Below, one piece after another: positions 10,700-23,102 of a DNA stretch of 27,859 bases. Source of the stretch: Octopus sinensis (taxonomy: Eukaryota); assembly GCF_006345805.1 (NCBI RefSeq), contig NW_021833374.1, positions 1 through 27,859 on the forward strand. Direction: 5' to 3'. Position 1 is the first letter of the stretch. Every line of letters begins with the position of its first letter. Position numbers and translations under genes: made by a program. Below the pieces are notes generated by a model. That model searched no databases, was not told where the DNA came from, and saw nothing but the letters and a program-made list of their open reading frames with translations.

Positions 10700-11410
10700 G
10701 GAGATGAAGAAGAAGAGAGAAAGATAGAGGGAAGATAGAGTGTGTGGAAGTGAGGTGGTGTGTGCGAGAGTGGAGGTGTGTGTGAGTGCGTCTATGGAAG
10801 CTAGAGAGAGAAAGAGAGAGAGAGAGACAGAGAGAGGATGACAGAGGTTGAGAATGAAAAAGAGAGAACATAGACTAAAAGAGAGAGAGGTTGAGAGAGA
10901 GGTAGAGAGGGAGGGAGAGAGAGGGAGAGAGAGGGAGAGAGAAGTAAATAGGGAGAGAGGGGTAAAGAGGGAGAGAGAGGGAGAGAGAGAGGGGTAGAGA
11001 GGTAGAGAGCGAGAGAGAGGTTGAGAGGGAGAGAGAGGTAGAGAGGGAGAGAGGGAGAGAGAAATAGAAAGGGAGAGAGAAGTAAAGACGGAGAGAGGGG
11101 TATAGAGGTAGAGAGAGGTAGAGAGGGAGAGAGAGGGAGAGGGGGAGAGAGGCAGAGAGAGGATTTAAGCAGGAAGTATGTGTGTGAGAGAGAGACAGAC
11201 AGATCGACAGAGCAAGAAGATTAAGAGAGAGAGGAAGAGGAAGAGAGGGTTTAAGCAGAAAGTATTATGTGTGAGAGAGATATGTGAGAGAGTATATGTT
11301 CATATGTGTGTGTGTGTGTGTGTTTTATGTGTATGCGTGCGTGCATGTGTGTGTAAGCTACAAAGAGAGAAAGAGTGCGAAAAGAAAGAGAGAGCAGAGA
11401 CTAAAAGAGG
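10700..11410. repeat. purine-rich (GA)n/(GAGG)n low-complexity tract with (TG)n patches
   Basis: Directly visible; nearly all purines on the + strand over 10855-11165. Confidence 0.9.
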
Positions 11411-11832
11411 GCAAGTGGAAGATGGTAAATTTTGATATGAAATGATGGCAAGCAATATAAATCAGATGTAATCTATTAATGTAAGGCCGAGAAGGATAAG
11501 AGACGAACAGACACATACATAAATATAGGCAGAAGCATACACATACATAAATACACGCATATACACAAAAATGCTGGAACGCATTCGCGGAATAAAAGTC
11601 CATCCACATTCGCACACAGATATATGGATACAGAAATAAAGTTATACACACCGTCGCATCTACATATACACACACACAAACACAGAGACACTAAAATGCC
11701 TTCACTTAATAAAATCGCATATACATTCAAACATCTCACAAACATATACACACATAAGTAAATATATGCCTTCATATAGTCATCTTCGCAACACGCGTAC
11801 ACACAAATGTCTTCACCGAAACCAAGGACAGA

Positions 11833-12177
11833 GGCGCATGAGTGGCTGTGGGGTAAGTAGCTTGCTTACCAACCACATGGTCCCGGGTTCAGTCCCACTG
11901 CGTGACACCTTGGGCAAGTGTCTTCTAATATAACCTCGGGCCGACCAAAGATTTGTGAGTGGATTTGGTAGACGGAAACTGAAAGAAGCCCATCGAATAT
12001 GTGTGTGGGGGGTGCACGCATTTGTTTGTGTGTCTGTGTTTGTCCTCCCACCATCACTTGATAACCGATGCTGGTGTGTTTACGATCCCGTAACTTAGCG
12101 GTTCGGCCAAAACGACCGATAGAATAAGTACTAGGTTTATAAAGAATAATCCTCGGGTCGATTTGTTCGATGATAAA
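11833..12177 (+). mobile_element. SINE-A lacking the terminal tail
   Basis: Aligns to 3316-3650; the GGCGGTGCTCCAGC tail is absent. Confidence 0.9.
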
Positions 12178-12229
12178 GTGATATAAGGGCCTGGTGTTTG
12201 GGGTTACATTTTAAGAAGGATTCCAGGAA

Positions 12230-12338
12230 AACTTTCTCTCTTTCTCTCTCTTTCTCTATCTCTCTTTCTCTCTATTTCTCTCTCTCTCCCTTTCTCCCCC
12301 TCTCTCTCTCTCCCTTTCTCCCTCTCTCTCTCTCTCTC
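12230..12338. repeat. (CT)n tract
   Basis: Directly visible. Confidence 0.92.
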
Positions 12339-12420
12339 TGGGTTGTATAACTAGACTCTGTACCTTAGGATTGCTAATGTATGACCAAACTTCCACCATC
12401 ACATTTTATTCTAAGATAAC

Positions 12421-12535
12421 CGGAACTCCTTCGGTTTCGGCGACCAAAATTCCAGTTGATCCGACCTACGCAACACCCTGCTCGTGAAATTAACCTGCAA
12501 GTGGCTGAGCACTCCACAGACTAGTGTACCCTTAA
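12421..12535 (-). mobile_element. tail-T1 fragment
   Basis: GTGAAATTAACCTGCAAGTGGCTGAGCACTCCACAGAC matches 440-478. Confidence 0.8.
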
Positions 12536-12712
12536 TCTTGCAAGAAGCTAGATTTAATACTCGTCTTTGCAGCACTAAGCTAAATCCCTAATCCGGGTAC
12601 ATTTACGAGAGATCCACCATACACTACCTTGGTTTGCTTAGAAATCCTCCCCAAATCTGTCTCAAACGACACCCGTAACATTTGCGAATAACAGATTCAC
12701 CCATTCTATACC

Positions 12713-12938
12713 TATTTCTTTATTACCCACAAGGTGCTAAACACAAGGGGGGCAAACAAGGACAGACATAGGTATTAAGTCGATTACATAGACCCCAGTG
12801 CGTAACTGGTACTTAATTTATCGACCCCGAAAGGATGAAAGGCAAAGTCAACCTCGGCGGAATTTGAACTCGGAACGTAACGACAGACGAAATACCGCTA
12901 AGCATTTCGCCCAGCGTGCTAACGATTCTGCCAGCTCG
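12713..12938 (-). mobile_element. SINE-B monomer (tail 1) with perfect 15-bp TSD
   Basis: CACCCATTCTATACC at 12698-12712 and 12939-12953. Confidence 0.95.
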
Positions 12939-12958
12939 CACCCATTCTATACCGTGAC

Positions 12959-13271
12959 TGGCACTCCGTCGGTTACGACGACGATTGTTCCAGTCGACCC
13001 TACCAATCGAACAGCCTGTACGTGAAATTAACGTGTAGGTCGCTCAGCGACACACAGACATACGTGCCCTTTAAATTGTTCTCATGGAGATTCAGCGTGG
13101 AATAGAATAACAAAACTTTAAAAAACACAGGTATAGCTCATTTTTGTCAGATGAGTGGACGGAAGCAACAAGAAATAAAGTGTCTCGCTTGAGGACACAA
13201 CGAACCGCGAGGAATCGAACTCACAACCTCATGATCGTGAGCCGAATATTCTAACCACTAAGCCAGGCGCC
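12959..13271 (-). mobile_element. SINE with family-D-like tRNA/CORE-like head and tail T1
   Basis: The reverse complement head reads GGCGCCTGGCTTAGTGGTTAG...GAGTTCGATTCC, followed by TGTGTCCTCAAGCGAGACACTT. The tail matches 378-480. Confidence 0.85.
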
Positions 13272-13316
13272 TTCAAACATATTATACTTTGGAATTTATT
13301 ATTCAGTACACCCTCT

Positions 13317-13550
13317 TATTTCTTTATTGCCCACAAGAGGCTAAACATAGAGAGGAGAAACAAGAACAGAGAAAGGGAATAAGTCGCTTAGATCGACCAC
13401 AGTACGCAACTGGTACTCAATTTATCGACCTCGAAATGATGAAAGGCAAAGTCGACCTCGGCGGAATTTGAACTCAGAACGTAAATGGCAGACGAAATAC
13501 CGCTAAGCATTTCGCTCGGCGTGCTAACGTTTCTGCCAGCTCGCCGCCTT
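13317..13550 (-). mobile_element. SINE-B monomer (tail 1)
   Basis: Complete head (reverse complement GGCGGCGAGCTGGCAGAAACGTTAGC), central block, tail ending AATAAAGAAATA. Confidence 0.92.
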
Positions 13551-13835
13551 TAACTGAGGGATCATATAGGCGCTGTGTGGTCTTCCTCAAAATGTTTCAT
13601 TCGTCCTTACTATCTACTCTATTTATGACCGACCGCTGATTTTAGCGGTCGCCATTTTGAATAACGATTATAGAATCTCTTTTCGTTTGCCAGGCAATGG
13701 AATGACAGTCGGAAAAGCAACAAAAGCTCATAGAAAGGTTTCACCTTAATATATCAATCGAAGGAATTATCTGCTGCTCCCTTTGCTAAAATATGGTGAA
13801 ATCTACGTACATATGGTGCGTATTGATTTCTTGTA

Positions 13836-13952
13836 TTGGCACTAAGCTAAACCAGGTTTAGGGGATGGTATGTAATCAAATTGAATTAAGATTGAACATT
13901 TAGTTTATCGAGCCTAGAGGGTTGATTATAAGTCAAAGGTAAACCGTAGCAG
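13836..13952 (-). mobile_element. highly decayed SINE-B (tail 2)
   Basis: Weak by-eye alignment: TTGGCAC at 13836, TTTATCGAGCCTAGAGGG. Confidence 0.4.
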
Positions 13953-14309
13953 CTAATGAAGTTGTACAGTATTTAATACAGAGTCCAACAAAAACGATGC
14001 CAGTTTATTCCGTCTGGCATCGTAGTTTCATTATTGTTTCGGTTTAAGTTTTGCAAATTACAATACACATATGTCTGCATACACTATGTGTCTACATAAC
14101 TCTATACAGATGCATACTTATGCACGCACATTCACAAAGACATACATATATCTGCGTGTGTGTGTGCTTATGTGTGTGTGTGTATGTGTGTCTGTGTCTG
14201 TGAGTGTTTGATTGTACGTGTACGTGCGTTTGCGCGTGTGTATTTATCACTATATTGATCAGCCTCGGATCATGTTACACACCGATGGCTAGGCAAGCAG
14301 GCTAGTGGC

Positions 14310-14429
14310 AAATATAGACAGACAGACAGACAGACAGACATACAGATAGACAGACAGACATATAGACAGATAGACAGATAGATAGACAGACAGATAGACA
14401 GATAGATAGATAGATAGATAGATAGATAT

Positions 14430-14505
<76 letters not shown>

Positions 14506-14623
14506 CTAGATGGATAGAGAGAGAGACTGAGACAGAGATAGATAGATAGAGAGAGAGAGTGAGACCAAGACAGACAGATAGAGAGAGAGACTGAGACAGA
14601 GATAGATAGATAGAGAGAGAGAG

Positions 14624-14722
<99 letters not shown>
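14310..14722. repeat. (GACA)n/(GATA)n array with GA patches
   Basis: Directly visible. Confidence 0.97.
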
Positions 14723-14849
14723 CTTAGTACCAGAGCCATTACTGGACCACATATTCCAAGGATCTTCTTCACTCATTTATATCCATGTCCTAACGAAAAC
14801 TAGTTCTTTATATCGACAGCAGGCTGGGCAAGATGCTCGGGAACACTTC

Positions 14850-15265
14850 ATCCGTCCTCACGTTCTGAGTTCAAATTCCATCGACGTCTACTTTTCCTTT
14901 CATTCTTTTTGGTGTCAGTAAAATAAGTACCAGCTGAATGCTGCTGGTGGTGGTGGGGGGGGGTCGATGAAACCGATTTAACCCCTTCCTCGAAATTGCT
15001 GGCCTTGTATCAAAATATGGAACTAATATTTCCAAGATGGTGGCCTACCAGAATCGTTAGCACCTAGATGAAAATGCTTAGCGGCTTTTCTTCTGGCTTT
15101 CTACGTTCTAAGTTCAAATGCCTCCACGGTCTACGCTGCTCTTCATCCTGTCAGCATTGATAAAATAAATACCAGTCATGTACTGGTGTCAGTATAATCA
15201 ATTACTACCGCTTCCCAACTTCTCCATGTTTTGAGCCGATACTACAAAGAATTATTTCCAAAGTG
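14850..15265 (+). mobile_element. two tandem decayed SINE-B copies (about 14850-15030 and 15037-15265)
   Basis: ACGTTCTGAGTTCAAATTCC...AAAATAAGTACCAG, and AAATGCTTAGCGGC...GTTCAAATG...TTCATCCTG...AAATACCAGTC. Confidence 0.75.
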
Positions 15266-16087
15266 CTGCGGCACTTTTAGAAATAACAGATACACCAACA
15301 TACTTGTTGTCTGTTATAAAGTGAAACATCAAATTATGGAATAGCTCGGAATCTTTAATGAATGGGAGTGACACAAACATTTAAACTTCGTTTAAAATCC
15401 CGCTGAGCCAACCCTGAAACCAAAGTTCTAAGTTGTACTCAAAACACTTAAATTCACTTAAACACTTTTAGAAATAATTTCTAATTCACTTTGCCCCCAC
15501 CCCAACCTCTACCCGCTTCTCTGCTATAATTATAGCGTCTTTTTTTTTTCCTCTACGACCGGGTGAACGACGCTATTAAAGAAGCGATAAGCCCAAGGCA
15601 AGCTGTATCATTAGCCATAATCATCCAACGTATTGCACATTATTGATATAAATGATCAACAGGGGCGAAATGTTATCTCATTTTCTTCTCAAAAAATGTA
15701 GGACTTTTATGATTAATCAGTAAAATCTTGCCCTGCAGGCCTCAACAAGCGCCACTCCCCAATTTTAATTCCATACTTCCTACCTTTATTTTGCTACAAA
15801 TATTGATGCATTAAAGTTAACGTTGAACATTAAGATATCTATCGACAAATCTTAGACAATATGTGGAGGTCGCAGTCACAAACCCTTTCTCCTGAAAACA
15901 GACATAAATAAATTTAATTAACTAGATTATTTAAAAACAAAAATGAGTCAAGGATAATCAATATATAAGGTCAACGAACGAGTACCTTCGCCTTTACTCA
16001 TCCTGCTAGAAATACCTACTAAATCACTCTCAGATAGTTTCTTACTACAATCATACGAGAATAGACAGAACAGATATATCGGTTTCA

Positions 16088-16333
16088 AACTTTAGCACAA
16101 CTCCAGCAGTTTTAGGGGTCATCTAAGACGATTACACCTACCCTAGAATCCAACTGGTATTTATTTTATAGGCGTAGGAGTGGCTGTGAGGTAAGTAGCT
16201 TGTTTACCAACCACATGGTTCCGGGTTCAGTCCCACTGCGTGGCACTTTGGGCAAGTGTCTTCTACTATAGCCCCGGGCCGACCAGAGCCTTGTGAGTGG
16301 ATTGGGTAGATGAAAACTGAAAGAAGCCCGTCG

Positions 16334-16378
<45 letters not shown>

Positions 16379-16729
16379 TGTGTGTGTGTGTGTATGTATG
16401 TATGTGTCTGTTTGTTCCCCCAACATCGTTTGACAACGGATGCTGGTGCGTTTACATCCCCGTAACTTAGCGGTTCGGCAAAAGAGACCGATATAATAAG
16501 TACTAGGCTTAAAAAGAATAAGTCCTGAGGTCGATTTGCTCGACTAAAGGCGGTGCTCCAGCATGACCACAGTCAAATGACTGAAACAAGTAAAAAAGTA
16601 AAGAGTATACCCCGAAAGGATGAGAGGCAAAGTCGATCTCGATGGAATATGAACTCAGAAAATCAAGACGGACGATATTCCGATAAGTATTTCGTCCGGC
16701 ATGCTTACGACTCTGCCAGCTCACCGCCT
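16088..16729 (-). mobile_element. SINE-B (tail 2) split by a SINE-A insertion (parts 16088-16170 and 16610-16729)
   Basis: The left part ends CAACTGGTATTTATTTTATA and the right part resumes CCCCGAAAGGATG. Joined, they reconstruct the family consensus. Confidence 0.8.
16171..16609 (+). mobile_element. full-length SINE-A
   Basis: Colinear with 3316-3713; TATA at both junctions (16167-16170 and 16606-16609). Confidence 0.93.
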
Positions 16730-17349
16730 CCGACAGATTACGTATATAGCAATGATGTTAAGCAATAAGGAATAACAGGTCGGATAATGTAATCCTTGAT
16801 GTACCATGATTGAAACGAAGCAAACAGGACAGGCAAGGATGGAAACCCCTTTGATCATTCTACGCTTCACGCTTGACCATATCTAAACAACAGCTACAAA
16901 CGAAGCGCACATTGTGTAATGCTGTCCTAGATACATTATGCCTGAAAAAGAACATGACTGATATGTCCACGAGTAACGCATTCTATTACAGATCAGCTCA
17001 GGTCAATCATGGCCGACCTTGAGGTAAACAAATAATAAACAAGATGGCTGCGTTAGATATTGTTGCATAAAATATTAACGCGACAGTGTAAAATGGTAGA
17101 ACAACTTTTGATCACAAATCTATTGAATGTCGGATAACCTGCAGCCTCTAGAACAACATGAATAACGGTAGCAGCCATTGTATGTCGAATGGTTTGTGTA
17201 AGATTTAATTGGTTTAGCTCACGTTACCATTCTTCCTTCCAGTCTGCTTCTATCAAGTGTCACAAGATAACTACTGAATCCAACTCCACAATGGCTTCTG
17301 TATTCTATAGGCATACAAGCCTATTGTAATTCCTTCGTTGAACAAGCTA

Positions 17350-17516
17350 ATATAATATATATATAATATAGTGTAATACACACACACACACACACACAAA
17401 CAGACACATACATATATATTAGGTGTACTTACATACGCAAACATATATATGTATGTGTGCATCTGTGTAAATATATAATTATATGCGTGTATATACACAT
17501 GCACAAAGTAACACAA

Positions 17517-17566
<50 letters not shown>

Positions 17567-17935
17567 ATACATATATGTATGTAGATATGTAAACATATAT
17601 TTGTACGCGTTTGAATGTATGTAGATATATGTGTACACACTCACACACATAAACATACATATATACGTATATACATACATGCATTCATATATAAACATTA
17701 TATATATCATTTAATATATATATATATCATTTTATATAAATATATATATGTACACAAACATATATATATACAAATGTATATGTAAGTATACTTGCATGTA
17801 TGTATGTATGTATATATGTATGTACGTAAGTATGTGTGTATGTATGTATGTATGCGCAGAGGGACAGAGAGAGAGAGAGCGAGAGAGAGAGAGAGAGAGA
17901 CGGACAGACAGACAGAGAGAGACGGAGGGGATTGA
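17350..17935. repeat. mixed (TA)n/(TG)n/(CA)n/(TATG)n/(GA)n tract
   Basis: Directly visible. Confidence 0.88.
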
Positions 17936-18364
17936 GACAGAGAGAAAATTTATATAAAAATACAAAGAAATACAGAATAGAAAAATCACGTGTGATGATC
18001 GATCGATGTTGTCAAAGTATGCGTTTCCATACCTGCTACGGAACAAACTAATTAAATTGAACACTCCATTAATATTTAACAACTAATAAACGATTGTATG
18101 GGATTTGGAAATATGAGATGATGGCATTGTCAAAGAAAGCAATGTAATTTTGATAAAGTGTCAAGCAGAATGAAGGGAGACAAGCGATATGGCACGGGGT
18201 TTCCAATGCGGAAAATATTTGGTCGTCGCTTTTGTTATGACAGGAATCAGTACGTCCCTCTTGATTAGTAATAAACACCTGCATTTGATGTATGTGTATG
18301 GGTGTGTATATATATATATATTATGTATCGTATATAAGCTGAGTATATATATGTATAGTCCTAG

Positions 18365-18388
18365 ATAGATTGATAGACAGATAGATAA

Positions 18389-18438
<50 letters not shown>

Positions 18439-18695
18439 TGATAGATAGATAGATAGATAGATAGATAAATAGATTGATAGGTAGATAGATATATAGATAG
18501 ATAGACAGATAAATAGATAGATAGCTAGAAAGATAGACAGATAGATAGATAGAGAGACAGACAGACAGAGAGACAGATAGATATATATAGAGAGAGAGAT
18601 AGAAAGATAGATCTGCGATGAGGAATCGGTTTCTGACTGTCGTCTCTTATGTTCGTCTCTTCGTGTATTTCACGTTATTTATATATGTAAAGATT

Positions 18696-18758
<63 letters not shown>

Positions 18759-18766
18759 AGAGATAA
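18365..18766. repeat. (GATA)n array (to about 18610), then (TA)n-(GA)n
   Basis: Directly visible. Confidence 0.93.
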
Positions 18767-18958
18767 GTTTCTTTATTGGCCACACAGGGCTGCACACAGA
18801 TGGGACAAGTTACAAGGTAGAGCTTTTCTTTTGTGGGATGAAAAAACAAAAAACAAAAAACAAAAGAAACAAAAAAAAGGTGGCGTAGGTTTTCGATCAA
18901 AAGGGATCGTAAAAGGGGAAAAAAGAACAAAAAATAAAATAAAAAAAGACAAATAAGA

Positions 18959-18961
<3 letters not shown>
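18767..18961 (-). mobile_element. GATA-embedded short retroelement-like unit, copy 2
   Basis: Both conserved blocks present (see copy 1). Confidence 0.8.
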
Positions 18962-19057
<96 letters not shown>

Positions 19058-19058
19058 T

Positions 19059-19188
19059 GTTTCTTTATTAGCCACATAGGGCTGAACACAGACGGCACAA
19101 ATTACAAAGTAGAGCTTTTCTTTTTGGGTAGAAAAAAAAGTGAGGTAGGTTTTCGATCAAAAGGAATCGTAAAAAGGAAAGAAAAAAA
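19059..19188 (-). mobile_element. GATA-embedded short retroelement-like unit, copy 3
   Basis: Both conserved blocks present; separated from copy 2 by a pure (GATA)n array at 18962-19057. Confidence 0.8.
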
Positions 19189-19211
19189 GATAGATAGGGA
19201 TATATATATGC

Positions 19212-19300
19212 GGAGGGCTTCTTTCAGTTTCCGTCTGTCAAATTCACCCTGAAGCTCGAGGCAACTAGAGTGAAGTCTACCTGCTGAGGTGCTGCGGCGT
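19212..19300 (-). mobile_element. decayed SINE-A fragment
   Basis: GGGCTTCTTTCAGTTTCCGTCT is the reverse complement of the family AGACGGAAACTGAAAGAAGCCC motif. Confidence 0.65.
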
Positions 19301-19459
19301 AGTAAATATGAAAGTAAATTAAATTAGGAATTAAAAGCCGGTCTAGTAATTCAGGTGTTCTTCAGCAGACGGTGTCGTTTGAGGAGATTTTCCCCAGACA
19401 CCATCACGCTGCAAATCTGGCGCATAAACAAGACACATACACTATGTATACGTACGTAA

Positions 19460-19560
19460 TACATACATATATACATACATACATACATACATACATACAT
19501 ACATACATACATACATACATACATACATACATACATACAAACATACATACATATATTTAT
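19460..19560. repeat. (CATA)n array
   Basis: Directly visible. Confidence 0.96.
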
Positions 19561-19573
19561 ACATGTATGTATA

Positions 19574-19822
19574 TGGTGCATAATGATTGTGGTTTTTTTT
19601 GTTTTCATCAAATGATATTCGACAAAAACAATAACAACATGTAACAAAATCATCTTTAAAGGATTATTCTGGAGCATATTCACCATCTACTTCAATTACT
19701 GCTTGGCAGACGGTCAGACCGTCATTTAAAGATGTTTTTGTGAAATATTTTAATTGTTTTTTGTTGAATATAAATTGTTGAAAAATGCAATAATTATGCA
19801 ATAATTATGAACCAACCAAATA
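19574..19822 (-). mobile_element. mariner-derived MITE, copy 1 (left TIR truncated)
   Basis: Colinear with 19861-20111. The minus strand encodes ...DGEYAPE* (transposase C-terminus). Confidence 0.85.
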
Positions 19823-19858
19823 TAAAATGGCGATGTACTATATATAATGTATTATATA

Positions 19859-20113
19859 TATTGGGTTGGTGCATAATTATTGCGGCTTTTTTGTCAACTA
19901 ATGATATTCTACAAAAACAATAACAACATGTAACGAAATCATCTTTAAATGATTGTTCCGGAGCATATTCACCATCTACTTAAATTACTACTTCCCATTT
20001 GCTTGGCAGACGTTCAGACCGTCATTTAAAGATATTTTTGTTAAATACTGTTATTATTTTGTTGAATAAAATTTATTGAAAAAAAGCCGTAATAATTATG
20101 CAACAACCCAATA
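19859..20113 (-). mobile_element. mariner-derived MITE, copy 2, with TIRs and TA TSD
   Basis: TA-TTGGGTTGGTGCATAATTATTGCGGCTTTTTT ... AAAAAAGCCGTAATAATTATGCAACAACCCAA-TA. The minus strand encodes ERLPSKWEVVI*VDGEYAPE, like the mariner C-terminal motif. Confidence 0.92.
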
Positions 20114-20723
20114 AAATATTTTAAACATCAAATGGTTAGAGAGCCCAGTCGGGAGAAATAGGATTCAAAGGAGACCGTAGATTTTTAAAAATGGTTGAGA
20201 ACCACACCACTGATTTAAGATAAAAATCTGTCTGTGTTAGTATGTATGTATATTTGTGTTATATTATATATTCAAACATCTGTTCTGTTTTTATACTCAG
20301 GTGATATTAGAAATCAATGTTTGGCGATATTACCACAAATGACTTCACTAAATATATCTGCAATAAAACATAATGAATATTCTCCATTTAAGCGGAAGTG
20401 GTGTAGTATTAGTGATATTAAGTAGCTTCAAACTTACTTTGGTTATTAATATCACACACACACACACACGCATATACATACATACATACTTATTACGTTT
20501 GACAACAGGGAAAATAGGTATAAAGTATAAAGTATATAAGTATGTGCATATGTGTGTGTATGCGTGTTTATTTATGTATGTAAGAGTGGCTGTCTGGATT
20601 TTTGTATGTATGTATGATGTATGTAAGTGTATCTGTGTGTACCTACGTATGTAATGTACTTTTGTATAGAGGTTAGGCGCTCCAAACGAAAAACTTAACT
20701 AAAAACATACACACACTCATAAA

Positions 20724-21500
20724 TCTATTTAATAAAATCGCCATTGGCTTCAAAAATTGCCTCCAGCCGATTTCGGAATCTCCTACAATCTTTCTGGACA
20801 GTCTCCTTGTTTGATTTGGCGAATTCTGCCATAATCCTTGCCTCCAGAGCATCTTTGGGGTTACAAGAAACTTTTGTTGGTCTCTCGCTCAACTGCGCCT
20901 CACACATAATAATCAGGGAGGTTGCAGTCTGGGGAGTCAAATGGCCAGATGTTAGGGGTGATGTGGTTGCAGAAATTGTCTGACAGTCATGGCTGGGTTC
21001 TCACGTTTGTGTGGCATAGTGCAGAGTCCTGTTATCAGACATAGGGCCACCCAGCAGCTACCCTCTTGACCGAGAACAACACTACTTCCACCAGGCACGT
21101 GATGTAAGCCTCCGTTTACAGTCTGAAGACGTGTGGGAAGATGAATGGAATCATAACGTCGCCATCACTAGTGATAACTCCAAACGCCATGATGTTGACT
21201 GAATGTTTGATTTTTATCACACTCTGTACACGTCTTGGGGACACGGGAAACAAACGGGTTTTCTGTGTGTTTACCATATGTTTGTATTGGAGCTTCCGAA
21301 GCGAAAGCCAAACAGTACAGCATTTCGTTTCTAAATTTCTGGCAGAAAGAGTTCTGTCATGGCGCTGTTTTTTTTACAGGCGGTGTCCAACTGACCCTAC
21401 AATACTCTGCAGTCGTCAAAATGAAAAACATGTAATGTGCATGCACGATATTATAATATGAGAATATACAATGGCGAGAATTTACCCATTGCACCCTGTA
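20724..21500 (-). mobile_element. internally deleted, pseudogenised maT (DD37D) Tc1/mariner element
   Basis: Manual translation: FGVITSDGDVMIPFIFP...QDSALCHT...ITPNIWPFDSPDCNLPDYYV*GAVERETNK, then a frameshift to ...RFRNRLEAIFEANGDFIK*. There are 37 residues between the second and third catalytic Asp. The 5' end TA-CAGGGTG is at 21500-21492. Several internal stops. Confidence 0.9.
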
Positions 21501-21541
21501 TATACACACACACGCACACACACACAAACACACACACACAG

Positions 21542-21576
<35 letters not shown>

Positions 21577-21885
21577 ATATATATGAGTATATAAATAGAT
21601 ATATATAGATAGATGTATATACATATATATATGCGTATATATATACGTATATATATGCGTATATATATACATACATGCATATATATGTATATATATACAT
21701 ATATATATAGACATATATGTATACTAATATATATATATACATATATATGTAGGGATGGACATGCATATGCATATATATATACATGTACACACATAAATAT
21801 ATATATATACATACAAAGATACATACACTTAAACCCCATACTATGTATGTGTATGTATATAGATAGATAGATAGATAGATAGAGT

Positions 21886-21965
<80 letters not shown>

Positions 21966-21966
21966 C

Positions 21967-22007
<41 letters not shown>

Positions 22008-22012
22008 GAGTT
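21500..22012. repeat. (CA)/(TA)-rich tract then (GATA)n (21859-22010)
   Basis: Directly visible. Confidence 0.93.
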
Positions 22013-22664
22013 AAATAGTTAAATAGTTAAATAGATTGCTAGATATTCATACATGTACATACACACATGTGTGGACCAGGTTTAAACTATCACACCCTTT
22101 CGAAAAAAATCTTATTTCAAATATAAAAGACTTCTCGGTGTAGCGATTAGTCAAGACATCCAGCAAACAAAACTAAAAAAAATTAACAAAAAACTGATGT
22201 TCCGAATCTGATTAGCCATTTTTTTCTCCCTCGCAAGCAGCACATTTTTTTCGCCTTCCATTTTGTTTTTCCTCTCTTTCACAAAAGAATCGCCAATATT
22301 AAATTGGTCTTAATCACCCTCTCACCTCTCAATTGAGAACATTTCTATGCTCTCTTAGAAAATCTCGATTTCTGTAGAAGTTTATGAATATTTGATCTCT
22401 CGCTTTTATTTTTCATTTGTTTGTATTTTACTGGTGGTGGTGTCTCTCGGATACCTTACATGAATAATTATCGTGAAATATATGTTTATATTTGTTGGAA
22501 ATATATATTTGCAAAACATGACGGATTCATTTGTACTATAATACAATACGGCAATCGATAATTACAAACACCCACTTGGTGATTTATGAGGTGAAAACTT
22601 ACGTGAACTTAGTTTTGTTAGATGTGGAAAGTGGAATTTTTGTTGTGGTTGCTATACATATATT

Positions 22665-22899
22665 TGTTATTGTTGTCGTTGTTGTTGTTGTCGTTGTTGT
22701 TGTTGTGGTTGTGGTTGTTGTTAGTATTAGTATTCAGACGGAAATTTATTTCGCAGGAAATGGAGAAATATTTCACCATTATTAATCATTATTAATCATT
22801 ATTTATCTACAATTATTCAGTGGCACACACATCGAACCACACGAGCACACACACACACACACAAACATACACACACACACGCACATACACACACACACA

Positions 22900-22942
<43 letters not shown>

Positions 22943-22975
22943 ACAAACACACACACTCACACATATACACAGATA
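22665..22975. repeat. (GTT)n (about 22665-22725) and (CA)n (about 22845-22975)
   Basis: Directly visible. Confidence 0.9.
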
Positions 22976-23102
22976 CGCGAGCAAACTCTATGTAAATGTT
23001 TTCATAAAGGACAGAAAACTGATGGTTTACAAAATGGCGGTAATTAAATACCATCAGGTTTCCCTGTCGGACCTTCTATTAATCATAGACTGAATATTAC
23101 GA

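Noticed and set aside
15440-15470. Cluster of CACTTAA (NK2-like) motifs
   Set aside because: Short AT-rich motifs are expected by chance at this composition; no supporting evidence.
16770-17160. Possible decayed tandem copies of another repeat tail (TTTGATCA...AAACAAC units)
   Set aside because: Similarity is too weak by eye to define boundaries; needs a repeat-library search.
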